A stretch of DNA of 64,000 nt from Somniosus microcephalus (lineage: Eukaryota), in assembly GCA_052327205.1 (NCBI GenBank), contig CM126209.1, forward strand, positions 33,914,001 through 33,978,000. Reading direction: 5' to 3'. Within the stretch, counting starts at the first letter, position 1, and the number at the start of each line of letters is the position of its first letter. Below, one piece after another: positions 13,150 to 25,700 of the stretch. Under the pieces are notes generated by a model. The model was not told the DNA's origin. It made no database searches and saw only the letters and a list, made by a program, of their open reading frames with translations. A program made the position numbers and the translations under genes.

Positions 13150-14365
13150 TTGGAACATAGGAACTGCTATTGAAAAAAGATCAAGGTCCACCTCGTTTGC
13201 CTTCTACCATCCTGGTAGTCGCATGATACAACAATACTGGAGTTGTTGGCTATCCATAGCAATCAATCTCTATCAATTAGTCTACAACAGACCCGGACAT
13301 GTGGCAAGGAAGACAACAGTGATGGAAAGCTTTGGGAACCATAGGTCCAAAGTCACCTGTTCCTACCAAGCATGCTACACTTGCCACGTCATGTCTCAAA
13401 TTACTCATGTAATGTATCCCAAAATATTATTTTCTGAAAGAAATCTATCTTATTTGCATTTGAATGAATCCATACTATGTGCTTCCACCGTCTCCCTAGG
13501 GAGCCAGTTCCATAGATTCATCATTTGCTCACTGAAGTAATGTTTCCACAGATTTGTTTAGAATTTACCTTGGTTTCCCCCTGCCCCACCCCCCTTCAAG
13601 CACAAGCCATGTCCTCTGGTTCTACTGTGCTGGACAAAGTGAAATAGCTAGTCATGGTCTACATTACCAAGTTCCTTCATAATCTAAAAACAGCAAGCAT
13701 ATCCCCTCTCAACCTTCTCTTCTCCAGTAAAATCATGCCCAATTTATGTAATCACTCTTCATAACCTAATCCCTCCATAGGTTGCCCCCTCTTCTGTATC
13801 CTTAGGATAGCTACAATATCCTTTTTGAACTGCAGTGACCAGAACTGGGCATCATAGTATTCCAAGTGCGGTCGCACCCATGATTTATAAAGTGGCAGGA
13901 TTAGCTCACTCTTTCAACTCAATGTTAACCTCAGCATCCCAACATCTGATTTTCTTTGCCAGCGAGCATTGTTGTGATAGCTTCAATTTATTGTCAATCA
14001 GGACCCCTGGATCTCTTTAATTTTCCATACATATTATTTTCTTTCCATTTAAGTAATAGTCTCTTCATTGATATTTCATCCCAGTGTGAAGTGCTTTGCA
14101 TTTCTCTGCAGAGAATTTCATCTGCCCAATTCCAAATTCCAATATTCAAATCCTCCTGTAGCTTATCCTGTTCAGCTTTGGAGTCTACCGCCTTCATTAG
14201 CTTTGTATCTGCAAATTCAGCCACCGTGCTTGCAAATTCAAGCACCAAATCATTTATGAAGAAATTAAATAAGAGAGATCCCAAAACAGACCCCATGCAG
14301 GACCCCATTTGTAATCTTATCCCAGACCGATGACAATTCCTGTACCACTATCCTCTGGGTTCTTT
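13150..14365 (-). mobile_element. Old, degraded CR1/L3 LINE
   Basis: ORF 13994-14308: GSVLGSLLFNFFINDL...FADTKL (RT motifs); decayed C-terminus down to about 13150. Confidence 0.8.
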
Positions 14366-17107
14366 TCTTAACTATAAATTCAATAATAGTTACATTGGTT
14401 TAAAAGGAATATTTTGGCACTGGAGTTCAATGAGCAGTGCAGGAGAATTACATTTTTCCTTTCTCTACACTGTCCCAACAATATGTTTCAACTACAACCT
14501 CAGAAAAGCAGACTCTTCTGCTTCAGTATTTCCCACACAAGAAATTCTTATAGCTTCTTTAAGTAAGCTTGCCCAATTAGTGCCAAATTATTGGCAGTTG
14601 GTGCTGTGGACAGAGATCCACTGGGAATGGGCTGAGATTGCCCAAACTCATTTGACCCAAGACCCTTAACAGCAATCAGAGAGAAAAGACTTTCATTCTA
14701 TTTGAGCTTGGGCCCCAGAGGGGAAAGGGCATTCAATTAAAAAAGCCAACTTCCTAATCACACTGGGAAAGTTTAATCTAACAAATTCCATACACAGGTA
14801 AAACCAAGTTCTTACAAATTGCAATACATGGGTATGAATGGGTACAATACAAACAAAATGAAAAACTGAGAAAGACATTGCTTTAAATAATATACTGAAT
14901 ATAAAATATTAAGTGAAACATGAACAATCATGTTCCAGCATGTGATTATATACAGAATGTGAGGTTTTATTTTCCCCCCCAAGTATTGAACACCTCTCAT
15001 CAACAAATTAAAATGAAGGAAATAAGATTTGTTTTGGCACCTTTAATAAATACGTTCACAGTCGATTTTTAAATTTTTTTATTTAATTGACGTGCGCTGG
15101 GAACATGATGAGAGAAACTAGCTTAGAGGAAAGAGAGTCCTATACCTATCTGAATTAACACTCAGTTGAATCATCACTGAACGACATTGGGTTAATGATT
15201 ACAGCCTGGATTTGCCTGTGGTGATGTTTACCACCCAATTTACCATTTCCCCAATGGCAACAAAACTGGTCATAATAAATAAACCAAGGTGGGACACAGG
15301 CACAACAACTAGAGATATGAACATGCTTCTGTTACAAACCCCAGAATTGCCCCCAATGCTTGTCCCCCAAGTCTTCATACATGGTTGCAACTCTGATGGG
15401 TCAAGTGAATTTACTGCACCCTCCATCCCCTTTTGTTTGCAACTTGTTTGGTAGCAGTGGGGAGGATGAAAGTTAAAGTGGGAATTATACCGGCAGCACT
15501 GTAAAATACCTACAGCAGTAAACTCTACCTGCCTCCTTACACAAAAATCCAAAACCCTGACTCTTAATATAATGCAGAAATACAGCTCTGGAACACTATG
15601 ATGCTTGCTAAATCCTGCCAAGCCCGTTCAAGTCTTTAAAAAACATACATTTTAGAAACTGTGAAATGACTGGAAAGAATGAAGTTAAAAAGAAAACTTT
15701 CTTGGTACAATGAATGTATACTTATCCCTAAATCAGTTGTGTCTCTTTAAAATAATGACAATTACAATGCTCCCCAATGGTACTGTGCACATGCATTTTA
15801 GGGAAGACTATGTACTAAAATGTATCACATCCATTCCACAACATCGACACTATCATCATCAGTAGTGGTGCAATACTGAATTCAATTCAGACATCATTCT
15901 TAAAGGCACTGGCCCGAGGGAAATAAACCAGGCAAAACATCAAAACTAGTGTAACACTTTATAGACATCAATGCCTTTGTCTAACAAACATAGATTTTAA
16001 AATTATTTTATTTTAAATGGAAATTTCTCAGAGGTTACACGCTACAGTTCTGAGAATTATTTCTTCTCAAGCGAAGTATTCGTGCAAGCGATTGTGAAAC
16101 TCGTATTAATGTTGACAGAATGAAATCCAAAACCTCAGTTCACAAAGTATTTGTTTTAAAACAATTTAACACCGCAGTTCTAATTAAAATAGCAGTCACA
16201 ATTCAAAACACTCCACTTGGAGCTAAGGGGACAGGACCCCTTTTCAACCCCGCAATTGGGAATACAGTAACACAAGTATTATATTTATAAAGTTACAGCT
16301 CAAATTCCACATGGCATTTGCAGCTAATTTTTCTTAATGTAGCTTTAATCGAATGTTTCCAGCAAAAAAGACAATCAATGCTTTAAGTTATCCACAGCTC
16401 TTAACTCTCTAACCTTTCCTCACATTCTCCTGAGAAGTCTCACGAAATATAGACCAGTATAATGTGGTATAAAGCGGAGACTGAATTAGACTCACCCTGG
16501 CTTAACATCAGTTCTCACATCAATGTCAAAATACCAAAAGAGAAATCAAAGTTCTTTTTTTCATCCTCCCAAATATGGTTCACTTTTCTGACTCATGGGA
16601 ATTGGGATGTTAGATTTAATATCTGTTTAAAGATGTCATATTCTCAATGTTAAGACAATCAAGGTTAAAGATGCTACTGAACTGAGCAGAACAGTTTACA
16701 CCAGTCCGTGGCTATGTGTGGGTGGTTGGCTGTTAAAGATTGAAGGGGTAGGTTGCCGGGCACATAAAACCCCCTCAACTCTGCCGCAACAATTCGGCTT
16801 GGCCGCAACTTCAGGAAAAACAATCTAAACCAATGTCATTTGTTTCCATTTCCCACACAAGTCATGTAGCCAGAGAGATCTCCCAATTGGTGCCGAAATA
16901 GGGCATTATGCCTGCAGAACCATACCTACTAGCAACTGACTGCCCAGATTCAATTCACACTGGATTATTATAGCTAGTAGGGAGGAAACCCATTGGTTTT
17001 CAAATTGGAGTTCATAGTTTCCATTTAGGGATCCTAGGGGGCCCACAGGTCAGCAAATTTCTATCTGTCTAGAGCCAGAATGCAGTAACTAGCAAGTTAT
17101 TTCTGTT

Positions 17108-17197
17108 CCTTCATAGATGCTGCCTGACCTGCTGAGTTTCTCCAGCATTTTCTGTTTTTATTTCAGATTTCCAGCATCTGCAGTATTTTCTTTTTGT
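17108..17197 (+). mobile_element. 90-bp Penelope-type 3' terminal fragment with 14-bp TSD
   Basis: agatgctgcctgacctgctgagtttctccagcattttctgtttttatttcagatttccagcatctgcagta matches the end of the 41-kb Penelope copy; flanked by aagttatttctgtt at 17094-17107 and 17198-17211. Confidence 0.85.
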
Positions 17198-17409
17198 AAG
17201 TTATTTCTGTTGCTATATACTAATTAGAAATATTTTCCACCCTGTTTTTTGGAAGCTAGAACACAGATGTGTCAAGATTTTAAGGAGGTCCCCCTATTCT
17301 GGGCACCTCCAACTAGAGTAAGAACCCAAGGCAAAATGGCAATGTGCTAATCCACTGTACGAGTTCCCACAAGTTTGTAGTGTTTCAATTAAAAACAAAC
17401 TGAAAAGGC

Positions 17410-17960
17410 CTAGAATTTATATAATGCTTTATCACACATCTTAGAAATGTCCCAAAGCACTTCATGCGCATGGAGTACAGTGACTTATGTAGGCAGGTGT
17501 TCGGCCCTTTTGTACACAGGAGGATCCCACAAATAACAAAACAAGTGACCAGTTAACTGTGTTTGTTGTTTGAGGGAGGAATTTTGGCCAGGCCAGGAAA
17601 TTGGATGAATACCTGAAGAGGAAAAATTTGCAGAGCTATGGGGAAAGAGCAGTGGAGTGGGATTAATTGGATAACTCTTTCAAAGACACGATGGGCCAAA
17701 TGGCCTCCTTCTCTGCTGCATCATTCTATGACAGTCATGGATTCTCTGCTCTTCTTCGAATAGCACCCTTTGAATCTTTAACATCCATCTGAACCACTGG
17801 AATATGTAGACTGACGGACGTTGGTTTAATACCTCATCCGAAGAGCAGCATCTCCAGCAGTGCAGAGTGACTCTCAGTGCTGCACTGGAGTGAAGTCTAA
17901 ATGTACTGAAATCCTGGAGTTGGGCTGCAAGCCAAAGCCCGACTCCAAGATGAGTGCTAC
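17410..17960 (-). mobile_element. Deu-domain SINE with a nested plus-strand CR1 3' end (about 17600-17730)
   Basis: ggatcccacaaataac (Deu core, reversed), ggtttaatacctcatccgaag and tRNA-like head; interrupted by ttggatgaatacctgaagagg...tggcctccttctctgctg. Confidence 0.65.
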
Positions 17961-18963
17961 CAACTGAGCCAAAATGACCCTGATTGTTGAAGAAAAGGAA
18001 GAATTTATTTTTGAATTCCCCAGAACAGCCAAGCCTTAAAAGGTGATCTTTGCTGTAAAGTTGCTGCTATTTCATTAAACTTATGAATTAAGGCCTCCGG
18101 AGCATATTAACCAATCAACTGGTTAATGAGCTTTGGGACTGCAACTCATGGCTCTAACGTAATCAAAATTGGCAAGACTTCTTCCTTCATTTTGGTTGGC
18201 TATTGACCCGTTTATTTTCTAAAAAATTGAGTGTTGGACTTTTCTTTTATTTTGAAAGTTCTTTGTAATGATTTTCTATGATGAGTACTTTGATGAATAC
18301 TGGGCCATGGTTGTCCAAATGTAATTCACATTGGACTCTTGCAGCCTTTTACTTTTAGAAGATTTAGAAATGTTTGTGGGTAACTTCAGTGCTGTGTGGC
18401 ATATTCTCCCTTGTTGCTTCTGCCTTGACAGGAAACAGATTCTTATCTTGCGCTCTACAATGGTTTGACACTTATGATCTGCTGTTGCAATCCTTTGAAG
18501 AGTAGCGTGGTTTAAAAAAAATTCTCCACAGTAATTGCTCAAAAACTACAGCGTATAGTAAACAAGGAAGAAAAACATCCTAAACTGCAGTAGCTAACCA
18601 TGATCACTGCACAAAACAATCATAAGCCAATCAAAACTAAAATACATAAAATCAGAATTATACATGTTGTGCATCTTTTTTTTAAATATTAGTCTATTTA
18701 TGCAAAGCAACCAAGGTATATTATGCCATTCCTTGTACACACTCAATCCAGCACTTGGCTGAATGCCAATCATCTCAAAACAATTGAATTCCAATAGAAT
18801 GGGCTAACACTTCAGCTCCTACAGATTTCTGCTCTGCTCAACTGTTCAACAGACTGAAAGTTAAAACTAACAAAAAATCTGGTACAAGATTTGAGCAACA
18901 TATTTCTTTAAAAATCATAAACATCCCTTGGATGTCCCATACAGTGGGCTCCCAAAAATTAAA

Positions 18964-19310
18964 AGACTTGCACATTTATATAGCGCCTTTCACGACCTCA
19001 GGATGTCCCAAAACACTTTATAGTACTTTTAAAGTGTAGTCACTGCTGTAATAGAGGGAAATGCGGTAGCAAATTTGCACTCAGCAAGGTGCCACAAACA
19101 GCAAGGAGATAATAACCAGGTAGTCTGTTTTTTAATCGATGTTGGTTGAGAGATAAATATTGACCAGGACACTGGGGAGAACTCCCCTGCTCGAAATAGT
19201 GCCACGGGATCTTTTACATCCACCCGAGATGGCAGATGGGGCGCCTTGGTTTAACGTCACATCTAAAAGATGGCACCTTCAACAGTGCAGCACTCCCTCA
19301 GTATTGCATT
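18964..19310 (-). mobile_element. Deu-domain SINE (SacSINE1/AmnSINE1-like)
   Basis: Minus strand: tgctgtttgtggcaccttgctgagtgcaaatttgctaccgcatttccctctattacagcagtgactacacttt, followed by L2-like tail aaaggcgctatataaatgtgcaagtc. Confidence 0.85.
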
Positions 19311-20067
19311 GACTAAAATGCTGATCAATCTCTCCCATTTTCCTCACATCCTTCTGCCAAAGCTATCTGCACACCCCTAATACTGCTTTAACCCACTGGA
19401 TACTACAATGCTTTAAATCCAGAATGGACCACAGGATGTTACTCAGTTGCTTTCAGCACACTGGAGTGGATACTTTCCGAGCACCACAGTTCAGTAGTTT
19501 GTTACTGGGCTGCTGAGCTTGCCTTCTCCGTTAAGAAATGGATCATGGCATGAGAGGAGGAAAAGCAATCAATATGCACCTTAAAAATATCGCTGGGGTA
19601 TTCTGTATTTGTGTTCAACAACCCATAATTCTCCTGTTCACTAAAATGAATATGGGGGGAGAATATCACAGATAAGCCAGCAGACAAGTGGAAAGTCATG
19701 GCCATACTGTCACTAATCCAAACCAAGCCATTGCCAAATTAACTGGGAAATCGGCCAGAGAGAAACTGGGACAGTAAGCAGAGGAAGCTAAGCAAACAGG
19801 TACAGGCAGCTCGTGAAAGCAACTGTGACTGGGACCAATCTACATTAGCGGTAGAAACAGGGTCATTCACCAAGGGAATGAGGTGGTGAAGCAGAGTTGT
19901 GATTTTTTTTTGGCAAATCAAGCGCTGATTTAATCGAGGAAATCAGCACTCACCAAAAACCATTTGGGCCCAGATTGGAATGAAGGCATAAATGAAAATA
20001 TCCAAGATTAACAGGTAAATTTCATATTAAACAAAGCTGACTGTAGAAGAGTTGTAATGAACTACTG

Positions 20068-20500
20068 TCCACCGGCTCCATTGGTAGAACGCTCACCTCA
20101 GGAGTCAGAAGGCTGGGGGTTTAAATCCCATTGTGTCCTCGAGTACATAATCTACGTTGACACTTCGCTTCAATATTGAAAGAGTGCTGCATTGTCAGAG
20201 GTGTTGTCTTTCAAGCAAGATGCAAAAATCGAGGCCCCACCTGCCTACTCAGGTGGATGTAAAGGATTCCATGACACTACTGAAAGAAGAGTAGGAAATT
20301 CTCCTGGTGTGCTGACCAACATGCCTCCCTCAATCACCATCACCAAAGGCAGATCCTCTGGTCAATTCCTCATTTGTTATCCGTGGGGCCTTACGATATA
20401 CAAATTGATGCATCATCATGACAGTGACTGCAATGCAAAAGTATCCTATTGGTTGCCTTGAAGACATGAAAGACATATATAAATGCAAGTTCTTTCTTCT
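20068..20500 (+). mobile_element. Deu-domain SINE, older copy
   Basis: tRNA-like head (ggctccattggtagaacgctcacctcaggagtcagaaggctgggggtttaaatccca), body similar to the 19-kb copy, tail atataaatgcaagttctttc. Confidence 0.75.
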
Positions 20501-21284
20501 TGCATTAAAAGGTGCATGCTAATAAAAAGGTTTTTTTTACCCCCTAGGAGCAGTTAGCTCCTCTTAAGCCACTTTTACCCGGATGCTTGTTTAGTTCAGT
20601 TTCCAGGAGCCTGTGAGTTGACTGCTGACGTTTGCAGTGCCATATTAGGCTCTCTTAACCAACAACAGAATTGAAAACCCACAAAAAATGGATTCTACAA
20701 TTCTGTCGCTTGGATATGGACAGTGTAATAGTAGGGAGTTACACACTGGTCTCCCAGACTTCAAATTAAACAAGTAGCAGTGTAAATGTGATATAAATTT
20801 AACAGTCTAGAGTGGAAAATCTACAAGATCATCCTCCCATCAAGTCAGGTTACACTGCTGATTAGATTATTACTAATCCATTTTAATACTACTGGAAGTT
20901 TGTTTCAAAATAATTGAATGCACATTTCTTTAACATTTAAGACTCCTTGATGGTAGTACGCCAGTGAATTGGGGAGGGTATTACTACTGGTACTCAACTA
21001 GAGATAGTATTACTGGGCAGCAAAATGTAATCAAAACCGGGGTATTTGCTGTCCTTTGCATCAACTCTTCTCTCCTGAAGGTATTGATTCCTTGATGGGA
21101 CATGATCCAGGGAACAACGGTTGCTCATCCAAGCAGCCTGTACCAGGCTTGATGCAAACTACTACCCTGGTTGATCAGTTAACTCCACATAGACCAAATT
21201 TCAAACCTTGGATATGCATTTTCTGTATGGGTGTAGAAACTGGCTGAGTTAATTGGGAGTAGGGGAGCTATTGCTCTTAATCAC

Positions 21285-21848
21285 AGGCTCCACGAACACC
21301 CCATTGATGGTAGAGTCGAGCATGTGAGCGCAAAGGTCAAGGCTGAAGCATTTGCAACCATCTTCAGCTAGAAGTGCCAAGTGGATGATCCTTCTCAGCT
21401 TCCTCCCGAGGTCTCCACCGTCACATATGTGACAACAGTCTTTAGCCAATTCACTCCATGTGACATCAAGAAACTGCTGAATGCACTGGACACAGCAACG
21501 GCAGCATTTGATCAGTGTGGCACCAAGGATCAGGGGAAATCTCTCCAGTGATTGGAGCCATGCCTGGCACAAAGGAAGATGGTTATGGTTGTTGGAGACC
21601 AATCCTCTCAACCCCAGGACATCACTGCAGGAGTTCCTCAGCACAGCGTCCTAGGCCCAACTATCTTCATCTGCTTCATCAAAGACCTTCCCTCCATTAT
21701 AAGGCCAGATATAGGGCTGCACACTGATAATTGCAGTGTGCAACTCCATTTGCAATTCCTCAGATAATAAAGCAGTCCATGCCTGCATGCAGCAAGACCT
21801 CAACAAATTCAGGCTTGGCTCCAACAAGAGAGACTAACCACCTCCCCT
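21285..21848 (+). mobile_element. CR1-like LINE, 5' part (host of the Gypsy insertion), internally deleted
   Basis: Peptide QRKMVMVVGDQSSQPQDITAGVPQHSVLGPTIFICFIKDLPSII (RT); sequence resumes at 27276. Confidence 0.85.
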
Positions 21849-21849
21849 C

Positions 21850-22089
21850 TACATACATTACAGTAATGCCATTGAATGTCATGTATATATACCTTAAGGG
21901 AGAACTACTTTTTACAGCTCCTGTATACTGTAGTACCAGCAGTGACCACACCTGTATATAAACCCCGAGTAGTGATCTGTACAGTTAATTCTAGAGTAAC
22001 CCTCATTCAGTAAACACCTGTTGAATCATTCCCTGCAGTCTGTTGTCTGATTATTGAAGGACACAACATTAAGATACACGGATATAACA
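21850..22089 (+). repeat. 5' LTR (first 13 bp inverted together with flank)
   Basis: Matches 27052-27275 apart from about 5-6 substitutions and a 2-bp indel; ends in CA; TATA-like tatataaa inside. Confidence 0.93.
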
Positions 22090-22090
22090 T

Positions 22091-22101
22091 TGGCGACGAG
22101 G
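22091..22101 (+). promoter_or_regulatory. Primer-binding site, probably tRNA-Ser
   Basis: TGGCGACGAGG one base after the LTR; complementary to the ...CCTCGTCGCCA 3' end of tRNA-Ser(GCT). Confidence 0.8.
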
Positions 22102-22375
22102 CAGATTCGAACCTACCTGCAACTCTGCATCACCTCCCAGGGATTCGCTCCTGGAGAACAGTGGAAGAAGGTCGAGTCCAGAAGCACGGGCGTCGACCAC
22201 GGGCAACCGCCCAGTCATCCAGTGGAGATTTGAGCATCGCAGGGGAGGCTGTCGAGAGCCAGGCTTGGCTTTCCAGTCACGGTGGTCCAGCGAAACGGGC
22301 TGCCAACAGGTACTGCGCAGACCCTTCCAGGACAGCGGCGGGCTAGAGCCTGACCGAGCGGCACAGAAAAAGGCC

Positions 22376-22743
22376 GAGCAGCGTCGACGGGGGAGAGAGA
22401 GAGGGCAGAGCGCACAGGGCGCAGCCGGTGTTCAGGACCGAGCAGCGTCAACGGGGGAGAGAGGCGCGCAGGAAAACGCGAGACGCTGCCATTGCCACGA
22501 GGACCGCAGAGAGCGGCGTTGGTAGCAGCACAGGAGCAGCGCGCGAAACCCACAGGGCGTCGCCATTTGCCATGAGGACCGCCGAGAGCGGCGTTGGCAG
22601 CAGCGCAGGAGAAGCGCGCGAAAGCTAGGACGTAACCAGTCGCCACGAGGACCGCCGAGAGCGGCGTTGGCAGCAGCGCGGGAGACGCCATTTTAAGCCG
22701 CAGCGGGGAAGAAAGGAAAGCGCAGGAGACGCCATTTTAAGCC
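22376..22743 (+). repeat. GC-rich tandem repeats in the Gypsy 5' leader
   Basis: gagcagcgtc(g/a)acgggg x2; gaggaccgc(a/c)gagagcggcgttgg(t/c)agcagc x3; ggagacgccattttaagcc x2. Confidence 0.85.
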
Positions 22744-22762
22744 AGTCTAACCACACCCAAAA

Positions 22763-25700
22763 ATGCCGAAGAGTGGCAGTATCACAGCGTTCAACAATGA
22801 AGTCGAAGATTGGACGACATATGTTGAACGCATAGAAGTATACTGCAAGGCAAATGAAGTGCCAGATGACAAGAAAGCGCTGGTATTGTTGAATTCAATG
22901 GGTGCAAAAACGTATGGCTTACTACGAAACCTAGTAACCCCAGAGAAGCCAGTAGAAAAGGATTTTGAAAACATAGTGTCAATCCTACAGGACCACTTAA
23001 ACCCCACACCGCTGCTGATAGCAGAAAGATTTAAGTTTCACAAAAGGAACCAGCATAAAGATGAAAGTAATGCTGAGTATTTAACGGAACTGCGCAAGCT
23101 ATCGAAACACTGCCAGTTTGGAACGGGACTAGCAGATACTTTAAGGGACAAGTTTGTGTGTGGGCTTCAAAGTGAAAGAACCCAGAAACGGCTTCTATCA
23201 GAAAAGGATCTTACGCTGGACAAGGCTTTCAGCATTGCAGTATCACACGAAGCAGCAGCACGGGGCGCTGCAGAGATACAACGGAGACCGCAAGAATATG
23301 GCACAAATGAAATGAAATGTCATACGGAACAGTGAAGTGCTATCGCTGCGGCAGAACAACACACGACCATAATGATTGCTGGTTCAAGGACAAAGTTTGC
23401 AGACATTGTGGAAAAGTAGGACACATAGCATGAGTCTGCAGGTCGGGAAAGAAAACCAGCAGCAAGAAATCTCCACAGGAGAAGTATAAGAAGGTACATA
23501 AGGTGACGGAGAGTAGTTCAGACGAACAGAAAAGTGATACAGACTCCGGAAGCAAGGAGCTGGGTTGTCTGAAACTACATAATGTGATCAAAACGGAGGA
23601 TCACCAAACTATCTGGGTCACGCTCAAGATAGCAGGAGTCCAAGTGAAAATGGAATTGGACACAGGATCAGCCCTAACAGTCATAAACCGAAGGGACTAC
23701 AAGCGGCTATTCTCACATATACCCTTGAGAGATACAAAGATTGTCTTGAAGACGTACACGGGGCAAAAAGTCTACCCCAAAGGAAAAATAAGGGTGAACG
23801 TTATATATAACGGCAAGGAAACACCAAAAATGGACCTACATGTATTGCCAGATGGAGGACCACCACTACTAGGACGTGAATGGATCCGGAAGATACAGCT
23901 AGATTGGCATTCCATACAAGCACTGACTGTAGATGCCAAAAAGGATGACGACGTCACACCTGGACGACTGTCAAAAATACTAACTGACGCACAAGAAGTG
24001 TTCCAGCAGGGACTCGGAACACTAAAAGGCATAACAGCGACAATCAAAATAGAGGAAAATGCAAGCCCAAAGTTTTTTTTAAGGCCAGACCGGTACCTTA
24101 TGCGATCCGCCCAGCCGTCGAAACAGAGCTGGAAGGTTTGGAACGTTCAGGAGTACTGTCCAAAGTGGACTGGAGCGAGTGGGCAACACCCATCGTTCCT
24201 GTAATGAAGAGGTCGTTGAGTAATACGCCTGGGGAACCAAAGAAGGTTCGCATCTGTGGGGACTTTAAGGTGACAGTGAACCCAGTCCTTCACACTGTAC
24301 AATATCCGCTTCCGCGATTGAAGATATTTTCGCCTCGCTATCTGGAGGGAAATGCTTCACTAAGATTGATCTGGCCCAGGCGTGCCTTCAAATGGAGGTA
24401 GAAGAAGCCTCGAAACAGTACCTCACGATCAACACTCATAAAGGTCTCTACCAATACAACCGGCTGGTGTTCGGGGTAGCATCAGCTCCGGCTATTTGGC
24501 AAAGGGCAATGGAGCAAGTCCTGCAAGGGATTCCAGGGACCCAGTGTTATTTGGACGACATCCTGGTCACGGGCGAAAATTAGTGATCACCTCGCCAACC
24601 TGGAGCAGGTGCTCACTAAATTGAAGGAATATGGGCTCCGAGCTAATCGCCACAAATGCGAGTTTTTCCAGAAGCAGATCTCGTATTGTGGCCACGTTAT
24701 GGATGAAGAGGGGTGTGGTAAACCACTGTTTGTATTCCTGTTTGTCCTGTTTGTATTCCATTGTGTACATGCCTGGACATGCCTCGGCTGACTCCTCCCA
24801 CAAGTCCTAGTATAAAGGTGGCTGCTCCCCAGCCCTTTGTATTTCTGGACCGGTCGACCACTCGAGGCAGACCTCCATTCTTTTGTTAATAAAAGCCTTT
24901 GGTTACTCTTCTAACTCTCAGTCTTTTATGAGTAATTGATAGCGCATCAAGGGGTTACATAAGTCCCCTGAAAAGATTGAGGCAGTAGTCAAGGCTCCAG
25001 CACCGGAAAATGTGTCACAACTGAGGTCGTTCCTCGGGCTGGTGAACTACTAACATAAGTTCTTGACGAATTTGTCTACCGTACTACACCCACTGAACAC
25101 CCTACTACAAACGGGGGTACCATGGAAGTGGAGTGACGAATGTAAACTAGCTTTCCAGAAGAGCAAAGCATTGATCACATCAAAAGAGGTGTTGGCTCAT
25201 TTCAACCCAGCACTACCAATTCGGTTGGCGTGTGGTGCATCACCCTATGGCATTGGAGCGGTGCTGTCGCACAAATTCCCGGACGGCTCGGAGAGGCCAG
25301 TAGCCTTTGCGTCTCGGTCACTAACCTCAGCCGAGCGTAACTACGCCCAGATTGACAGGGAGGCCCTCAGCCTAGTGTGGGGAGTGAAAAAGTTCAATCA
25401 CTATCTGCACGGGCAGAAGTTCACCTTGCTGGCTGACCACCAACGACTTGTCTCCATCTTTAATCCAAAGAAAGGCGTTCCGGTGATGACTGCGCAACGG
25501 CTACAAAGATGGTCCCTTTTTCTAGGGGCGCGCCAATATGAAATCGAGTATAAGGGCACGAAACAGCATGGAAATGCTGATGGGCTATCACGCCTGCCAC
25601 TGCCTACTGCGGAGGAAGCACCAGCAGTGGATCCTGTCGAAATATTTCATTCGACTATAATTGAATGCTTGCCAGTAACTAACGCTGGTATAGAGAAGGA

